A stretch of 64,000 nt of DNA from Rickettsiales bacterium (GTDB taxonomy: Bacteria; Pseudomonadota; Alphaproteobacteria; Rs-D84), in the NCBI GenBank assembly GCA_031254335.1, contig JAIRUP010000003.1, positions 5,257 through 69,256 on the forward strand, in the 5' to 3' direction. Positions within the stretch are counted from its first letter, which is position 1; each line of letters begins with the position of its first letter. This document shows positions 45,856 to 55,184 of the stretch, piece after piece. The translations under genes were made by a program, and so were the position numbers. Below the pieces are notes generated by a model. The model saw only the letters and a program-made list of their open reading frames with translations, did not search any database and was not told the origin of the DNA.

Positions 45856-47019
45856 TTAGAGGATGGCGCGGAGGATGTTTTCCGTCGCGTGATTCGGGGT
45901 TTGCGCAGACGCCGCCATTTTTTCTAGGCGAGCGGGATTCGAGAAAAGGTCGGATAAAATCGAAGAGAGATATTTCGGCGTGAAGTTTTTCTGTTCGATT
46001 GTGATTCCGCCGCCAAGTTTTTCGAACGCCCTTGCATTGGCCAACTGGTCCGGGTTTATGTTCAACGGCACCAATATCGCCGGTCTTCCCACCGTCATCA
46101 ATTCCGCCACCGTGCCGGCTCCGCTTCGCCCTATCACAAGGGACGCTTCCGAAATTTCCGTCGCCATATCCTTGAAGAACGGCGCGAGGCGGTGCTTTAT
46201 ATTAAGGTTGGTATAGAACTTACTCAATGATTGGATACTATTATTATCGACTTGTTGGACTATGGACAGGTTGTTGCGGATGGATGGCGGAAGCATTTCG
46301 ATTGCCGCCGGCACCACTTCGCGCAAAATGTTCGCGCCCAAGGAACCGCCGGTTATAAATATTGCGTGTCCGGCGTTGTAGGGAGCAGGGCGGAAGTCGC
46401 TTCGCACCGGCAATCCCGTCAATTCTATGCGCGCGTTTTTCGGAAGGCCCGTCGTCCCCGGAAACGAAATCAAAATCTTATCCGCGAATTTCGCAGAAAG
46501 CGCGTTCGCCCTTCCTGCCGCCGCGTTTTGCTCGTGCAGAAAAACAGGTATGCGCAGCAATTTCCCCGCAAGCACCGCGGGCACCGACGAATAGCCGCCG
46601 AACGCGACTATGCGCGACGGACGCGACACCAAAAAGCGCGCGCTCAACGCCGCCGCGCTTAACGCGATTTTCGATAGAGCGACGATTTTTCCGATTGGGC
46701 TGCGGTTGCCGACCCCGCTTGCCCAGACGCGCGCCACCTTTGCGTTCGCGGGTTTGTTCCGCGCGACCATATCATAGCCGCGGGCGTCGGTGGAGATTGT
46801 GATTTTGTTTTGACCCCCCACCGGCGGCTGCGCCGCCGCCGACAACGAATCCACCGAATTGAAAATTCGGGGATTCTGCTCGGACGGGAAATCATGCCGC
46901 CCGGCATGATTTCTTTGTCCGTCCTCACCCGCAAGGGGGGAGTTAACTATAGATTGGGCGACGGCGAGGGCCGGAAATATATGCCCGCCGGTGCCGCCGG
47001 TCGCTATCCATATTTTCAT
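45856..47019 (-). CDS. murG: UDP-N-acetylglucosamine--N-acetylmuramyl-(pentapeptide) pyrophosphoryl-undecaprenol N-acetylglucosamine transferase, carrying an in-frame repeat insertion
   Basis: MKIWIATGGTGGHIFPALAVAQ, then an insert of about 45 aa (NSPLAGEDGQRNHAGRHDFPSEQNPRIFNSVDSLSAAAQPPVGGQ) encoded by the composite repeat 46805..46948, then canonical MurG. Confidence 0.88.
   Translation of the reverse strand: MKIWIATGGTGGHIFPALAVAQSIVNSPLAGEDGQRNHAGRHDFPSEQNPRIFNSVDSLSAAAQPPVGGQNKITISTDARGYDMVARNKPANAKVARVWASGVGNRSPIGKIVALSKIALSAAALSARFLVSRPSRIVAFGGYSSVPAVLAGKLLRIPVFLHEQNAAAGRANALSAKFADKILISFPGTTGLPKNARIELTGLPVRSDFRPAPYNAGHAIFITGGSLGANILREVVPAAIEMLPPSIRNNLSIVQQVDNNSIQSLSKFYTNLNIKHRLAPFFKDMATEISEASLVIGRSGAGTVAELMTVGRPAILVPLNINPDQLANARAFEKLGGGITIEQKNFTPKYLSSILSDLFSNPARLEKMAASAQTPNHATENILRAIL
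46805..46948. repeat. Composite repeat of about 140 bp (C-family termini enclosing nested hairpins)
   Basis: gaccccccaccg...gaatccaccgaattgaaaattcggggattc...ggacgggaaatcatgccgcccggcatgatttctttgtccgtcc...cccgcaaggggggagtt; near-identical copies at 53330..53510 (intergenic) and 59902..60045 (inside proS). Confidence 0.9.
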
Positions 47020-48188
47020 GAGAACTCCTTACGGGTTGTGTCGGCTTTGCCGACGGATTTATTAAATGACGGCGGGGAAGGGAACTTATAGCTTCTTAAC
47101 AGGCCGAGCAGGATTCCGAACACCGCGCACATCGATATAAACGCGCTGCCTCCGTAAGATATAAACGGCAGTATCGTTCCCTTGGCCGGCGTTATATTCA
47201 ATGTCGTTCCTATATTCAATATCAAGTGCATCGTCATCAGCGCGACCGTGCCGCCGCACACCAGCTTCGTCGTCATGTCCGTCATATCCCGCATCAGCTT
47301 CAATATTCTCGCCAGCAGCCAAAGATACAGGCCAAGCAACGCCACGCCCGCCAGGATTCCCCGGTCTTCCACGAACGCCGCGAACACAAAGTCCGTATGG
47401 CTGTCCGGCAATGTAGATTTCACGAAGCTGCTATTGCTTTGGCCGATAAACCCGCCGTTCCTTATCGCGTCCAACGCCTGGTTCACCTGGTAGCCGTCGC
47501 CCTCGCCGAGCAATCTTTTCCGCACATGCGGCATAGTCGCAAACGCTATGCCCAGCAATCCAATCGCGCCGCTTGCCAATCCCGTCAGCGGCTTCCATCC
47601 GTATCCCGCGAAGAACAGCATCGCCCAGAATGTTCCGAAGTATATCAGCGTCATGCCGAAGTCCTTCCTGATAAATATCGTGGCCAGCAGGGGGAGGGTG
47701 ATGGCGAGGTAGACCCCCCACCGAAACCGCTTTGCGGTTTCGACTTCCCCGCATGGAGGGAGTTGGGACAAGAAGACGGCGGTTAATAATATGAAGAACG
47801 GCTTCAACAATTCCGACGGGTGGATTTGCTGGCCCAGAACCGTCAAGAATCGGCACGAGCCCTTGACGCATGTTGGGGAAATCAGCGTCGCCAGCACGAG
47901 CGCGGCGGTAATGGTTCCGAGGAGCGCAGACAGATATATGATTTGTTTCCTTGGCAGAAACGAAAAGAAAAACAGGGCGAAAAGACCGATTCCCATCGGG
48001 GCGAGGGCTTTTATAAAAAAGTATAGCGGCTGCTGGCCTATGCGGGCCGCGGACACTCCGCCCGCCGCAATCAGCATATAGACCCCGACCAGTATCAAGC
48101 CCAAGACCGAATACAATATCGCGCGGTCGGTTTGGAAGAACCATTTGGTCAAGAAGCTTGGGTCGCGGCGTTGGAAGCGCATTTGCAT
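47016..48188 (-). CDS. ftsW: Peptidoglycan glycosyltransferase FtsW (SEDS family)
   Basis: Ten-TM SEDS topology; conserved C-terminal region. An in-frame C-family insert (47712..47765) encodes LPPCGEVETAKRFRWGV. Confidence 0.88.
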   Translation of the reverse strand: MQMRFQRRDPSFLTKWFFQTDRAILYSVLGLILVGVYMLIAAGGVSAARIGQQPLYFFIKALAPMGIGLFALFFFSFLPRKQIIYLSALLGTITAALVLATLISPTCVKGSCRFLTVLGQQIHPSELLKPFFILLTAVFLSQLPPCGEVETAKRFRWGVYLAITLPLLATIFIRKDFGMTLIYFGTFWAMLFFAGYGWKPLTGLASGAIGLLGIAFATMPHVRKRLLGEGDGYQVNQALDAIRNGGFIGQSNSSFVKSTLPDSHTDFVFAAFVEDRGILAGVALLGLYLWLLARILKLMRDMTDMTTKLVCGGTVALMTMHLILNIGTTLNITPAKGTILPFISYGGSAFISMCAVFGILLGLLRSYKFPSPPSFNKSVGKADTTRKEFS

Positions 48189-48235
48189 ACCTTATATGAC
48201 GAAAAATCCAATCTCGGTTTTTCGAGTTTTATTTA

Positions 48236-49300
48236 TTAGCCTCGGAGCAGGGCCAGGGCCAGGCCCGCGCACAAAATCGTTATAATCCAAAACCTTTCCG
48301 AGACCTTGGATTCCGCCCAGCCCGACAATTCGAAGTGATGGTGCAACGGCGCCATTTTGAACAGACGCTTTCCGCCCGTGAACTTATAATAATATATTTG
48401 CAGGAACGACGAGGCCAGTATCGCCACCATCATAAGCGACGCGACGCCCATTATGATTTCGCTTTTCATCAGCATCGCGCTTGTTCCGAGGAACCCGCCC
48501 AAGGCCAGCGAGCCCGTGTCCCCCATGAATATTTGCGCCGGCGCCGAATTAAACCACAAGAATCCAAGCGCCGCGCCCATCGCCGCTCCGAACAGCGGGA
48601 ACAGCGCCGCGTTATCCGGCAAGTAGGGCGCCATCATCATGAAATCCATTCTTGTAATGGACACCAACGCCACCATCATGACGAACATGACGGTCAGGAA
48701 TATTTTCGAGAACATCCCGTCCAGGCCGTCCGTTATATTCGCCGCGTTCGCCGTTCCGGCGATAACGAAATACGCGAACACGAAATAGAATATTCCAAGC
48801 GGCAGTATGGTTTGGAACGGCAGGAACAGGCTTGTTCCCGGGACATACGCCGGCATGGTCGCGTCGATTGCGAACGCAAGCGCGACCGCGATAAATCCTT
48901 CAACAATCAAACGCGCACGGGGAGAGAGTCCCGAATACGCGTTCGATTTCTTGACTTTGCCGAGGTCGTCGGCAAATCCGATTGCTCCGAACGCGACAAG
49001 CGCGGCCAAAGCGATATATGGTATCGGGCTGCTTAAATCCATGAACAGGACCGATGAGATTATCGTCGCCGCGATAATCAAGATTCCGCCCATCGTCGGC
49101 GTTCCCGCTTTGGCGAAGTGCGCCTTGACCCCGTCCGTTCTGATGGGCTGGCCCTTGCCTTGGAATTTTTTCATCGCCGCTATGAAGCCGTCTCCGGCGA
49201 ACAGCATGAGCAAAAACGCGACGCCGAAGCCCGCGATGAACTGCATCATGCCGCTGTTCAGCATATTGAATCCAAGACTGGAAAGGAAATTCGGTATCAT
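48236..49300 (-). CDS. mraY: Phospho-N-acetylmuramoyl-pentapeptide transferase
   Basis: Conserved DD, NxxNxxDGIDGL and HHHFE motifs (KMAPLHHHFEL). Confidence 0.92.
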   Translation of the reverse strand: MIPNFLSSLGFNMLNSGMMQFIAGFGVAFLLMLFAGDGFIAAMKKFQGKGQPIRTDGVKAHFAKAGTPTMGGILIIAATIISSVLFMDLSSPIPYIALAALVAFGAIGFADDLGKVKKSNAYSGLSPRARLIVEGFIAVALAFAIDATMPAYVPGTSLFLPFQTILPLGIFYFVFAYFVIAGTANAANITDGLDGMFSKIFLTVMFVMMVALVSITRMDFMMMAPYLPDNAALFPLFGAAMGAALGFLWFNSAPAQIFMGDTGSLALGGFLGTSAMLMKSEIIMGVASLMMVAILASSFLQIYYYKFTGGKRLFKMAPLHHHFELSGWAESKVSERFWIITILCAGLALALLRG

Positions 49301-49452
49301 GGGCGGGCCTTTTTGTTTGTAAGGAAATTATATCATAAAAACAAGGAAGATGGAAGAAGTAAGAAGGAGTGCGGACTTTGTCCGCGTTCAAGTCTGCGAC
49401 GCACTGCCTTGGCAAAGCCGAGGCAGAGATTCCACAGGAGGGGAACTTAATG

Positions 49453-50538
49453 TTATCTTCCGATGCCGAGGATGGTCGCAAGTTTGCCCGCGTGCATGAC
49501 ATTCTGCATTTTCGCCTCGGCCAGCAGGATTTCCGTTTCCGGGCGCGCTTCCGGCAAATCGTCCCAATTCACGCCATAGAAGCCCGCGGCGTTTTTGGAA
49601 TATTTTTCCAGCTGCGCCCTTATGTTTTTCGACGGGAACGCAGACTGATACGACAATGCCGTTCCGCCCATGAAGATTCCGGCCATCGGAGCCTTGCCCG
49701 GTTCCAGATTCTCTTTCTTCGTCTTCGCGTGCGGCGCGCCGTCCGTTCCCAGCATAAGCAATTCGCCGTTCGCGCCATCCACCCAATGCTCGCGCAGCTT
49801 GTTCCTGTTCTTCCGGGTTTGGACAACCGGCTTGCACCAGAAATACGGGTTCTCGCCCGACAGAACCTTTTCCGCGTCTTTCGGATTTTTAATCCCGAAG
49901 TCTTCAAGGCAGAAGCGCAGATGGTGCGGCGTTATCGTATAATGCAGCCCATAAGATTCCGCGGTTTCCACCGCGCGCCATGTCGACAGGTGCTCCATCG
50001 AGATTTTCATTTCGCGCTGGCGGCCGTTTTTCATTATGAATTTTCCAAGGACCGCGTCCATCGCGGATTCTTCCTTTTGCGCGACGGGGACGCCCGCGTC
50101 CGGGTCCTCCAAATGCAGGGCCAGCGGCATTTTCATATATTCCAAGACATCTATCAGTTCCGGCGCGTCCTGTATCTTCGGAGCATAGCCCGCGTTCGTG
50201 CTTGTTCCGGGCGTGAACAGCTTGAAGCCGCCCAGCGGAACGCCCCACAAGAACGCGCGCTCTATGAAATTTTCAAGCTGTTTCGGCGTCATCGTGTTGT
50301 TGAGGACCGGCATCAAGAGCAGGCGGTAATTCGGCTGGTATTCGGCCGCGACGCCCATTATGTTCGCCGCATATTGAAGGCAGAACGACACCGCCGCCTC
50401 GGTGTTCGACAAGTCCAGCGGCTTGGCGAAATTCATCATGGCGACGCCGCCGCCGTCCTTCGTGTAAATCGGCGCGGCTTCAATAAATTCGGGGGTTCCG
50501 GCTTCGCGGAAGTGTTTGTGGGCGTTGAATACTTTCAT
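49453..50538 (-). CDS. pyrC: Dihydroorotase, class II (homodimeric type)
   Basis: HxH (NAHKHF); GTDGAPHAKTKKE, compared with E. coli GTDSAPHARHRKE; TITPHHLRF, compared with TITPQHLMF. Confidence 0.8.
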   Translation of the reverse strand: MKVFNAHKHFREAGTPEFIEAAPIYTKDGGGVAMMNFAKPLDLSNTEAAVSFCLQYAANIMGVAAEYQPNYRLLLMPVLNNTMTPKQLENFIERAFLWGVPLGGFKLFTPGTSTNAGYAPKIQDAPELIDVLEYMKMPLALHLEDPDAGVPVAQKEESAMDAVLGKFIMKNGRQREMKISMEHLSTWRAVETAESYGLHYTITPHHLRFCLEDFGIKNPKDAEKVLSGENPYFWCKPVVQTRKNRNKLREHWVDGANGELLMLGTDGAPHAKTKKENLEPGKAPMAGIFMGGTALSYQSAFPSKNIRAQLEKYSKNAAGFYGVNWDDLPEARPETEILLAEAKMQNVMHAGKLATILGIGR

Positions 50539-50673
50539 TATTTGAACCTTTTGTTCGTTGCTTCTCTCTCGCCCCGTTAGGCGGTATCTTAGCGGGCCGC
50601 GGATGGGATGTCAATAAATTCATAAACAGCTTGATTTTTGGCAAACCCTATGTCAAACTCGGCGGGTTGTGAA

Positions 50674-50750
50674 GGGGCTGTAGCTCAGCTGGTTAGAGCG
50701 CCTGCCTGTCACGCAGGAGGCCGCGGGTTCAAGTCCCGTCAGTCCCGCCA
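50674..50750 (+). tRNA. tRNA-Asp (anticodon GTC)
   Basis: GGGGCTGTAGCTCAGCTGGTTAGAGC...CTGTCAC...GGTTCAAGTCC...CAGTCCCGCCA. Confidence 0.85.
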
Positions 50751-50761
50751 CTTTGCAAACT

Positions 50762-50837
50762 GGCCCCATCGTCTAGAGGCCTAGGACACCGCCCTTTCAA
50801 GGCGAGAACCCCGGTTCGAATCCGGGTGGGGTCACCA
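50762..50837 (+). tRNA. tRNA-Glu (anticodon TTC)
   Basis: GGCCCCATCGTCTAGAGGCCTAGGACACCGCCCTTTCAAGGCG...GGTTCGAATCC...TGGGGTCACCA. Confidence 0.8.
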
Positions 50838-50840
50838 GTT

Positions 50841-50916
50841 GGCTTGGTAGCTCAGTTGGTAGAGCAAATGACTGAAAATCATTGTGTCGGCGGTTCAATT
50901 CCGTCCCAAGCCACCA
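50841..50916 (+). tRNA. tRNA-Phe (anticodon GAA)
   Basis: GGCTTGGTAGCTCAGTTGGTAGAGC...CTGAAAA...GGTTCAATTCC...CCAAGCCACCA. Confidence 0.85.
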
Positions 50917-51076
50917 ATAAACCGCGCTAAACGCACCGCCTGGCTTGCGTTTCTCGTTTTTTGCCACCGGCATGTATGTTCAATACACTAGCTCGGCGTC
51001 AAAAAACTTCGAATACGCGCCATTCGGCGCATTTATCACGATTTCTTACAAACAAAATTCGCACGGGTCGTTTTGG

Positions 51077-53242
51077 ATGGATGAAAAACCGATTTCGATT
51101 TTAGACGCCGCAAACGCGAAATCCCTTCCCGTCATTTCGTTCATCATTCCCTTTTACAACGCCGAGAATTATCTCAACCGCGCGATAACATCCGTCGCCT
51201 GCCAGACCCTTCGCAACATTGAAATCATCCTTGTCGACGATTGCGGAACAGACGGTTCCCTCGCCATCGCCGAACAGTGGGCCGCCGCCGACAAACGCAT
51301 TCGCATAATTAAAAACCAGACCAATTCCGGCGCGGGAGTATCGCGCGATTTCGGAATGTATTCCGCCGTCGGCGAATTCGCCGCATTCGTCGATTCCGAC
51401 GATTACATCGCGCCCGACTGGGCCGCCGTCATGCTGTCCGCCGCTTGGAACACCGGCGCCGAAATCATAGTGTCCGGCGCGGCCGCCGTTTATCCAGACG
51501 GCTTCATCGCCGACTATCCGCGCGGATTCAATCCGCGGTTCGACAACGGCCTTTACACGACGCCGCGCGAAAAATTCCGCAGCCATGTCGTTTGGGGAAC
51601 ACTGCTTCGGCGCGATTTCATTGAAAAAGAAAATCTGCATTTCCTTCCCCTTCGCGTCGCCGAGGACGCCGAGTTCATGTTCACCGCAAGCGCGCTTGCA
51701 AAATCCGTCGCAATCGAAACCCGCGCTTCGTATTACTATATTCAGCGCAGCGACTCCCTTACCGGCGGAAGCGACGGGCGGCGCGCGCTGTATAACGCCA
51801 AGTGCCAGCTGTATGCAGCCGAAAAGATTCTGCAAAACTTCGCCGAAGGCGATTTGCCAGACAAGGCCGAATGGATTCGGCTTGCCGAGATGCAGCTGCT
51901 TATGGGCGTCGTCGGATTCATGCTGCTATATCCCGCGTCCGCGGAGGGCGAGGCACTTTACGAGGAATACCGCGCCGCGATTCTTGCCATAGACTGGGAG
52001 CAAAACAGACTCGTCATGCCGAGGTGGAAGGGCAGAATCATCCGAATTTTCCGCCTTGCCGCGACGCACGACGAATTCGTGAAGCTGTTCTTCCTTGCGT
52101 TCCCGCGGTGGCACCATGTCGGCATTCAGGCGTTAGCCGAACTTCATATCCGCAGGACGATAAAAATAGGGCGGTTCTACAAAACCAAATTGAAAATCAA
52201 AAATATGTTCCGGGCGCGGCGCGCTTCGGAATGGCATCCGGCAAAAAACTTCGGAGGAAGAATCGAAATGAAAAGCATGATTGGAAAAGACGATTTCATG
52301 GAGGCCGTCGGCTCGTTCAGCTATGGCGACGCGGACATATTCCAAAACTATTTCCTGGAAAACAACATGCCCGAGAAAATCGCCGCCTTAAAAGACGGCC
52401 TGGACCAAAAATCGAAGGACAATATCGATTTGTATATCCGCCGCATGCTTGTCCTGCCCAACAAAAAAACGCAGCAGAATTTCAAGATTCGGCGCGAGTT
52501 CGTAGAAACATTCCAGACGGAGGACGACCGCGCCGCAAACAAGGCGTGGAATGAAAACCTTCCGCTTTACAAAAAACAAATCGCCCTCGACGACGAGGAT
52601 TACAGCGCGGCGACTTTCCTTTTCCGGCACGGCCTTGGCACCGACATGGCCGACGAAGCCCTTTTGCAATACATCGCGGGCAAGGACTTTATCGACGGCG
52701 GCGCGTATGTCGGCGACACCGCGCTTATGCTTGCGAAAAACTACAACCCGAAGCGAGTTTGGTCGTTCGAAGTATCCGCGAAGAATCGCGCGCGGTTTTC
52801 CGACACCATGAAAAACAATTCCGGCTCCGAAAAATGCGTCCTTGTTCCGACGGGTCTTGGCGAGTCCAAAGGAGAGATGTTCATGGACGACGAGGGCGGG
52901 GCCGAGGCCTGCGTCATGGACAAGGGAGGCGACAAAGTTTCCATGACAGACCTTGATTCTTTCGTCCGCGAGAACAACCTTTCCGTCGGGTTCGTCAAAA
53001 TGGATTTGGAAGGATTCGGGTTGCAGGCGTTAAAGGGAATGAAAGAAACCATCAAAAAGCACAGGCCGGTTTTGTCCCTTGCGATTTACCACAATCCGAC
53101 CGAGTTCTTCGAGATTCTGCCCAGGCTGCGCGAAATTTGCGGCAGCGGTTATGAGTTTTTCGTTCGCCAGTTCAATGCTTTTTACGATGGGAATCATGAG
53201 ATAGCCGTGTTTGCCAAGCCCAAGGGGGGGGTAGATTGTTAA
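51077..53242 (+). CDS. Bifunctional family-2 glycosyltransferase / FkbM-family methyltransferase
   Basis: N-terminal GT-A fold (ISFIIPFYNAENYL...VDDCGTDGS...DSDDY); C-terminal FkbM-type SAM-methyltransferase domain (IDGGAYVGDTAL...FVKMDLEGFG). The start is taken at MDEKPIS; the ORF track opens at 50945. Confidence 0.75.
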   Translation: MDEKPISILDAANAKSLPVISFIIPFYNAENYLNRAITSVACQTLRNIEIILVDDCGTDGSLAIAEQWAAADKRIRIIKNQTNSGAGVSRDFGMYSAVGEFAAFVDSDDYIAPDWAAVMLSAAWNTGAEIIVSGAAAVYPDGFIADYPRGFNPRFDNGLYTTPREKFRSHVVWGTLLRRDFIEKENLHFLPLRVAEDAEFMFTASALAKSVAIETRASYYYIQRSDSLTGGSDGRRALYNAKCQLYAAEKILQNFAEGDLPDKAEWIRLAEMQLLMGVVGFMLLYPASAEGEALYEEYRAAILAIDWEQNRLVMPRWKGRIIRIFRLAATHDEFVKLFFLAFPRWHHVGIQALAELHIRRTIKIGRFYKTKLKIKNMFRARRASEWHPAKNFGGRIEMKSMIGKDDFMEAVGSFSYGDADIFQNYFLENNMPEKIAALKDGLDQKSKDNIDLYIRRMLVLPNKKTQQNFKIRREFVETFQTEDDRAANKAWNENLPLYKKQIALDDEDYSAATFLFRHGLGTDMADEALLQYIAGKDFIDGGAYVGDTALMLAKNYNPKRVWSFEVSAKNRARFSDTMKNNSGSEKCVLVPTGLGESKGEMFMDDEGGAEACVMDKGGDKVSMTDLDSFVRENNLSVGFVKMDLEGFGLQALKGMKETIKKHRPVLSLAIYHNPTEFFEILPRLREICGSGYEFFVRQFNAFYDGNHEIAVFAKPKGGVDC

Positions 53243-53329
53243 GTAAAATCAAGAGGTTATTTGGGAAGGTAAGAAGGAAGAAGTAGGAAGGAAGAAGGAT
53301 TGAATCGCCCGCAAAGCGGGCGATAGTTT

Positions 53330-53510
53330 CACACAATGGACCCCGAACAACGAATCCACCAAATCGAAGATTTGGGGATTCTGCTTGGCCGGGAAATCAT
53401 GACGCCAGTCATGATTTCTTTGTCCGTCCTCACCTTCGCTGGGGTGACGGGTGGGGTTATTCTCTGCCTGGGTGACGGCGGGGGGGGGAAGGCTTTGCAC
53501 AAAGAGGGGG
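53330..53510. repeat. Intergenic copy of the ~140-bp composite repeat, with an added B-like tail
   Basis: ccccgaacaacgaatccaccaaatcgaagatttggggattctgcttggccgggaaatcatgacgccagtcatgatttctttgtccgtcctcaccttcgctggggtgacgg. Confidence 0.8.
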
Positions 53511-53514
53511 ATTT

Positions 53515-54246
53515 TCAATGCTGGTTGGAGTGGGCCATGACCGCGCGCATGGCCTGGCTTACCGCAAGCTCGTCTTCCGATAGCGGGTGCGAATTCGGCG
53601 TATAGGTTTCAAGCTGCACGACGGGTTGAGCCACAGGCATGCTATGCTGTTCGGACGCTTCCCTGCGCATGGATTTCCTTAGTATTTCGTATTCATGGCT
53701 GTATTGATTGTAAAGCCCCATCCCCGAGCCGTATTTCACGCATATATGATAAAATTGCGACAGGTGGTCCGTCGTCATTTGAATCAGGTTGCTTATAACC
53801 CTTTCCCCGACATGATGGTTCGAATACGCCTTCAGATTCGCAACCGAGGATTTCGCCTGCGACGCGAAAAAACCAAGCTCGGCCGCCGCGCCAACACGAT
53901 AATTATACGGATTATCCGCCGGATTCTCCACCGTTTGGCGGATGGCGAAGCCATAGGTGCCGCGCGCCTGCGTCGGACGATAGCAATTCACAACCAATTT
54001 CGGCGGCTGCAAGATATAACGCCGGACCTCGACCGGGGCGGCCACATGAATCGTTTTCGCATTGTCCGCGTCGTGGATGTCCGGGATGCCCGTGTTGCCG
54101 ACGCTCATGCCCCAGGCCGCGCCCGCGATGAACGCCGACGCGGTCGCAGCTTTGACAATCGCCTCGGTTCCCGCCGTCGCCGCCTCGTGGATGGCGGTCG
54201 CCGCGCGGCTCGGCATGCTGCGAAGAGAGCTTATTATGCTTTGCAT
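53515..54246 (-). CDS. Hypothetical protein (243 aa)
   Basis: Clean ORF, contiguous with the upstream gene; no family recognised. Confidence 0.45.
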   Translation of the reverse strand: MQSIISSLRSMPSRAATAIHEAATAGTEAIVKAATASAFIAGAAWGMSVGNTGIPDIHDADNAKTIHVAAPVEVRRYILQPPKLVVNCYRPTQARGTYGFAIRQTVENPADNPYNYRVGAAAELGFFASQAKSSVANLKAYSNHHVGERVISNLIQMTTDHLSQFYHICVKYGSGMGLYNQYSHEYEILRKSMRREASEQHSMPVAQPVVQLETYTPNSHPLSEDELAVSQAMRAVMAHSNQH

Positions 54247-54247
54247 A

Positions 54248-55108
54248 TTATTCCTCGACCTTCAAGCCCATCTGTTTCCAAGTCGACATCATGTCGCCTT
54301 TGTTTATAATCGTGTCCGCCGTGAGTTTTAACACGGGAATGATTCGTTTTCCAGTGTTTTTGGATTCAAATTCCTCGGCTTTCTTTTTCAGAAGCCAGGC
54401 CGGCGAGATTTTTTCCGCGCCTTCGGCGAACCATTTCGGCGGCATGCCGCCGGATTCCTTTTCGTCCGCAATCCATGCGCCCGCGTCCTTGTGCTCGGCC
54501 GTTATGCGGATTCTGAATTCCGATTCGGTTATTTCAAGGTTGTCTGTCGATGAGGTCCCGTGGTCAAGTCGTGGGACGACAGAGGGGGCGGCGTTTTCCT
54601 GTTTTCCGGGCGTCGGGTCGAAAGAGGACATGGAGAATAAATCGGTTGAGTTGTCTTCGGCAACAGTTTTTGACTGGATGCCAGCCTTCGCTGGCATGAC
54701 GGCGGGGGTGGGCGTTTGCTCTGCTTCGAGGCGTTTGATTTTTATATAGGCGTTTTTCAGCTCGTCCGGCATGCTTTTTCCTATCTTGATTTCGGTATGG
54801 GTTTTTACCAAGTCTTCATGCTCGACCGGCTTGGTTTCCGCGGGCTTGGCGGGTTTCTTGAAGCCGCCCTGCTTATAAAACACGAACGACAGGACGCCGC
54901 CGATTGGCAGGCTTGCGGCCATCGAGACCAGCAGGGCCGTGCCGCGCAGGCCGTGGAATCCGTATTTCGACACCAATGCCCAATGGCGCGCGGAAAATAT
55001 ATCGAATCGGAAGGCGGCATAAAAGAAAACCACGCAAAACGCCAGCCAAACGGACCACCAGGCGGCTTGGACGGCGACTGCTTTCAATATGTTGTTTTCG
55101 GGTTTCAT
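54248..55108 (-). CDS. Hypothetical membrane protein carrying two in-frame repeat insertions
   Basis: N-terminal TMs (AAWWSVWLAFCVVFFYAAF; ALLVSMAASLPIGGVLSFVFY). A B-family repeat (54672..54705) encodes TPAVMPAKAGIQ; an A-family repeat (54552..54581) encodes VVPRLDHGTSST. Confidence 0.55.
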   Translation of the reverse strand: MKPENNILKAVAVQAAWWSVWLAFCVVFFYAAFRFDIFSARHWALVSKYGFHGLRGTALLVSMAASLPIGGVLSFVFYKQGGFKKPAKPAETKPVEHEDLVKTHTEIKIGKSMPDELKNAYIKIKRLEAEQTPTPAVMPAKAGIQSKTVAEDNSTDLFSMSSFDPTPGKQENAAPSVVPRLDHGTSSTDNLEITESEFRIRITAEHKDAGAWIADEKESGGMPPKWFAEGAEKISPAWLLKKKAEEFESKNTGKRIIPVLKLTADTIINKGDMMSTWKQMGLKVEE

Positions 55109-55184
55109 GGTGGTATTGTATTGAATAAATAGTGTTTTGTCAAGTAGGAAATATGTTTGTTGTATGCCGCGGGGGGAGCTGATT

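Noticed and set aside
46810-47091. ORFs encoded purely by the composite repeat (46810..47091, 53336..53605, 53249..53518, 59871..60059)
   Set aside because: The three plus-strand ORFs give the same peptide (…RIHRIENSGILLGREIMPPGMISLSVLT…) and the minus-strand 53249..53518 gives the same peptide as the murG/proS insert. This reflects the repeated DNA element, not independent genes; two copies lie inside murG and proS on the other strand.
49369-50580. 403-aa plus-strand ORF antisense to pyrC
   Set aside because: The Arg-rich, low-complexity translation is typical of an antisense frame of a GC-rich gene. The pyrC assignment on the minus strand is well supported.
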